From the NCBI GenBank assembly GCA_013265495.1, contig MU057666.1:345732-373157 (forward strand): DNA of 27,426 bases, written 5' to 3'. The notes under the pieces are model-generated. The model did not search any database. It was not told the origin of the DNA and saw only the letters and a list, made by a program, of their open reading frames with translations. Made by a program: the position numbers and the translations under genes. Shown one piece after another: positions 23,788 through 27,426 of the stretch. The stretch's first letter is position 1, and every line of letters starts with the position of its first letter. Source of the DNA: Vicugna vicugna. Its lineage: Eukaryota.

Positions 23788-24067
23788 CTACAAGAAACTG
23801 GCTAAGAATAAAGAAACTTAATTTGTTAATCCTTGTACCCCTTAAGATGAATCCAAATGTTATGTCTCAAGAAACAATGTGAACCAATTTTTGGACAGAA
23901 GTGAAGAGCATATAGTTTTACAAAAGTCAACAAATGAAGGTACAGAAAATAACTGTCCAAGAGTAAATACTGTGGAAGAACAAATAGATAAAGTGTACCT
24001 TGATATTTGGAAGAAAAAAATATTTGTTGTTCCTTGATTATTACCCCAGGATGACCAAATACATAAG
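23788..24067 (+). pseudogene. CEP162: CEP162 pseudo-exon D (280 nt) with 2 stops and 2 frameshifts
   Basis: Acceptor ttttgtttcatAG. Reads YKKLAKNKET* (TAA 23819-23821), a +1 shift before PLKMNPNVMSQ, a -4 shift near 23871-23875, then NVNQFLDRSEEHIVLQKSTNEG...VYLDIWKKKIFVVP* (TGA 24035-24037) LLPQDDQIHK. The donor reads GCAAGT at 24068. Confidence 0.9.
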
Positions 24068-24940
24068 GCAAGTGTATATAGTTTATATAGATTGGACATA
24101 ATGACAAATGATGTTACATAAATACTGCTGACAGGTATGTACTTTGTGAGCCAGCGGGACTGATTACAGACTAACCTCCAAGTGGATCCTGGGTATCTGT
24201 GAGCAGTTATCTGTTACAACACCCTGTCATCCCCAGATTTTAAAATGCCACTGCAGCATTAGCTTTCTTTTAGAAGCCATTTTTTTACATTTAAAATTTT
24301 TTAAACAAACATAGTCCAGAATTTGAGTAGCATAAGAAAATTAAGTTTATTCTGATGCTTTTTATTCAATCTTATCAGTAGTCTGTGTTGTGCAAAAGAA
24401 GGTAAGTTAGCATTTCATATAAATGCTGTTAGTGACTGTTGAGAAACTTACACATCTCTGTTCCTTTTTTCTGTGTTCTTGATTTATTCTGTTTTATAGA
24501 CTCATGACCACAGTATTCCATTTTTATTTTATGATTTTGACTTATGTGTTTACCGTAAACTAACCATAAACTATCTCCAGTTCCTTATGGAATAAGACAG
24601 TGTACTAAGCAGTTTTTACCTTGAGAAATCTGGAGAAAAAAGATAAGATTTTAAGTCATTTCAACTGTGTTCTTCCCCAATCTCCTCCATGTTCATTCTT
24701 GTAATTACATGTTTTCCTTTCTGGCAAGCCTATTTTGTTTTATTATTTTGGTGTTTTTTTTCCTGACTTTGAAGATGTGCTTCAGAATACTAAAATTCTG
24801 ATGAATTAGGCTTGGAGAACTTGAATGTCATGGCTCACCTTCTACAAACTGTGTTAAGCACTATGGTTTTGCCATCTGTTAAATCATATTTACAACTGTC
24901 ACTGATGTTTAAGTACTGACGAATTTGTACTTGTGCACAG

Positions 24941-25196
24941 ACTCTTAGATCTCAACTGAGTTCTGGAGAAGGAGGGGCTGTGACTGGTACACAGCTACCA
25001 CACAGGAAGGCCAGACGTGCCCCTCCTTTATTTAGAGAAAATCTCAGAGTGGATTATATGCATCAGTTAGGAGCTCAGGCTAAGGCAAACCCAGTTCACC
25101 ATTCAAGACATTTTCTACTCTTGCAAACTTTAGAGGACATTATAAAAAGCAAAAACTTCAGATCCATCCCTGCCTCAAATCAAGCCAGGAAAAAAG
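24941..25196 (+). pseudogene. CEP162: CEP162 pseudo-exon E (256 nt) with 2 deletions and a stop in the ancestral frame
   Basis: Branch-point-like TACTGAC (24914-24920) and cacAG acceptor. Reads TLRSQLSSGEGGAVTGTQLPHRKARRAPPLF, a -1 shift near 25034, RKSQSGLYASVRSSG* (TAA 25081-25083, human Tyr) GKPSSPFKTFSTL, a -5 shift near 25123-25126, then TLEDIIKSKNFRSIPASNQARKK. Donor GTAATT at 25197. Confidence 0.92.
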
Positions 25197-26509
25197 GTAA
25201 TTACATAATTTTCATAATAAAATTCAGTACATATAATGTATTATTTTATTTTCCTTATTCTCTAATTTCTCTGTTTCCTTCTCTCGTGAGAACTTTCCTT
25301 ATTTGTAGAAAAAATTTAATCTTAAGGTGCTACATTCCATCTCTGAAAGACAGATTCAGTTCACTTCAGTTCAGGGGGTTTGTCATCATTAATTCTAGGT
25401 TTTCCTGAATGAGACCCAGAAAATTTGGGAGGTGAATATAAGATAGGAGTGTCAAACCCCTCCTTATCTGGTTGGCTTTGTAATATCCAAAATGTTTGCC
25501 AGAAAAGAGGTATAAATCAGAATGCAAAGGGCAACATACAAATGAAGGTGGATACAGAGAGAAATATCTGGATATGAGTTTGGTCTAGTGTTGGGGAGTC
25601 TGGATGTTTTATCAGTCACCTGCATGAGTTTATACATCCCAGTTCCTCTCTGAGTTATTTCCTGATGGAGTCATCCATCTTGGTGGGAGGAAAGGGTGGT
25701 TTCCCACGCAGGAGCCTATGCCACTATTAATAGGGATAGAAACACTCAAGTCAGACCAGTGTTTCTGCTGCCTTTAGACTCCGGGGGGATGGGAGGGCAG
25801 TAGAGCCAGAAGCACCCTGTCGTTTCCTTTGTGGTTCAGCTGAATAGGCAACCAAGCCCATCGCTGCTGCCTGCTGTGACAGAGGAGAGCTAGCCTCGCT
25901 GGGAATATCACTTCCTGCTTAAAGCACCTCCCCTGCCTTTCCCTGCAGCGATCCATCCCAGGACCACTTGGACTCTATTAGAATTCTTTCAGCATTGAAG
26001 TCTCTTCTGTCTGCGTGGCTGTGCGTCCGCTGCAGCAGCCTGCGCGTGTCAGATGTAAGGCTCGTCTCTCCGCGTACAGGAGAGCAGCAGGAGCAGTGGC
26101 CTGTGCACACAGGAATCATTCTGTTGCTTAATGCAGCATCCTTTTCTCCTGTTCTTAATGTGGGGACCTCGGATCCCTTACCCTAACAGGCGCCTTGTGT
26201 TCTCTTACTTTCTCTTCCTTTTCTATGGAGCACCTGCTTTTGCGCTGCTGTCATCTATTCATTGTTGTTAATAACTAACTCTCCACTGGATCTAGTGCTT
26301 AATGTTAAGGAAAAATACTTGGGAGTATTTCCCAAATTTTAGAATCATCAAGAGGAGTGTAAGTTTTTCATTAATGTTTTAGGAGTATTCATTCTGTCTG
26401 TACCTTTGAGAACAAGAGAATGAAATTTTATTTTTAACATTATTTACTCTATTATATTTATTTTAGATAAACTAACTCCCAACATTTCTGAAGTTTACTT
26501 TATCCAAAT

Positions 26510-27426
26510 TCACTCATATAACAAGTGTTTCTGAGCACTGACCTGGGTCTAGGCACTGTTGGAGGCCCTCTAGGTATGTTGGAAGCAAGGCAGTGCCACC
26601 TCCCCTCCCACATCTCGTGGAGCTGTTATCTAATGAGGAGGGACAGACACTTAACAATGAGCATACAAATCAGTAAATGATGTTACATTCTAAGGAGAAA
26701 TAGAAAGCAGAGCAAGCGTGTCAGTGGTGGAGTCCAGCAGGTCACCATTTGAGATAAAATAGAGTTGGCCTCGGTGAGAGAACCCTTTGAACAAAGACTA
26801 GTAGGAGGAATTGGAATTGGCTGTGTGGGTGTGTGTGGGAAGCATATTCCAGAAAATGAAACAGTGCAAAAGTCCCAAAGAAGGAGGAATGCCTGGCATT
26901 TTGGGGATCAGCATAGAAGCCCACATGGCTGGGGCAGAGTGGGCAGAGGGGAGGGGGAGGTGAGATCAGGGCATCACAGGGACAGGTACGGTCAGCTTTT
27001 CTATGGCATGAAGCAGCCTTGGGCTTTCACTCAGTGTGGAAAGGTGAGCACCTGGGAAGTTGTGAGCATGGCAGTGACTTCAACTGATGCATCCTTTAGA
27101 CAGATTCCTTGGGCTGATGCCGTTGACTGTATGCATTCATAGGGGCACAGGAAGAAGCACAGAGACCAGTTAGAAGGGGATTTGAGGAATCTGGGCTGGC
27201 AGTGATGGGGCTTGATCCAGGGTGGTGGCAGTGGTGGTAAATGAGAAGCAGTTGGATAGGGATGTATTTAGAAGATAGAGCTGAAAGTCTAAAAGACTGG
27301 TTTGGGGTTGTGAGAGAGGCATCATGGGTGATGGCAGGGTTTGTGGCTTGAGCAGCTGGAAGAGTGCAGTTCCTCTCCAGATGGGCTTGGGGGTGGAGAG
27401 ATGACCAGGAGTTGAGCTGCTGAGAT
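26510..27426 (-). mobile_element. L2 LINE 3' region (runs past the window end)
   Basis: cactcatataacaagtgtttctgagcact...ctaggcactgttggaggc, aacagtgcaaaagtccc, tgaggtgagatcag-like motifs, ggcagtggtggtaaatgagaag, ttgagcagctggaagagtg. Confidence 0.85.

Larger units (their letters stand above)
13426..25196 (+). pseudogene. CEP162: Unprocessed (intron-containing) CEP162 pseudogene fragment with five consecutive internal exons (approximately human exons 9-13)
   Basis: Five segments translate, in order and with matching splice phases, to peptides like human CEP162 (VLLDSLDSVAEVNLDEQDK / VSYGQSSSDVEALHQ / DLPTVEELMKPIRIDSF / PLKMNPN / KARSAPPL...QSGLYASVRSSG...EDIIKSKN). They carry stops, frameshifts and two broken splice sites. 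The human sequence is recalled, not aligned by tool. Confidence 0.93.

Noticed and set aside
26742..27142. ORFs of 125 and 60 aa
   Set aside because: Chance frames within the L2 remnant.

Overview
AT-rich mammalian genomic DNA. The young LINE-1 3' UTR resembles the cetartiodactyl type, probably camelid. The main content is five consecutive internal exons of CEP162 (KIAA1009/QN1, a centriolar and ciliary transition-zone protein) on the + strand, at 13426-13542, 19389-19580, 20172-20253, 23788-24067 and 24941-25196. I identified them by manual translation against my recollection of the human protein. This copy appears inactivated: the donor and acceptor of one intron are non-canonical (AT, TG), there are three stops in the ancestral frame and four frameshifting indels, and no upstream CEP162 exon is recognisable in the first 13.4 kb. 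It is therefore an unprocessed pseudogene, either a partial duplicate or a unitary loss. The rest is repeats: a young CpG-rich betaretrovirus-like solo LTR with a 6-bp TSD, an ERV1-like solo LTR with a 4-bp TSD, MLT1 LTRs, hAT DNA transposons, L1/L2/MIR fragments, a ~0.9-kb compound (CCT)n/(GATA/GACA)n minisatellite fused to an L1 fragment, and a near-perfect ~60-nt hairpin. None of the listed ORFs is a complete gene; two overlap the dead exons. Repeat subfamily names are from memory of consensus sequences and need RepeatMasker/Dfam confirmation.
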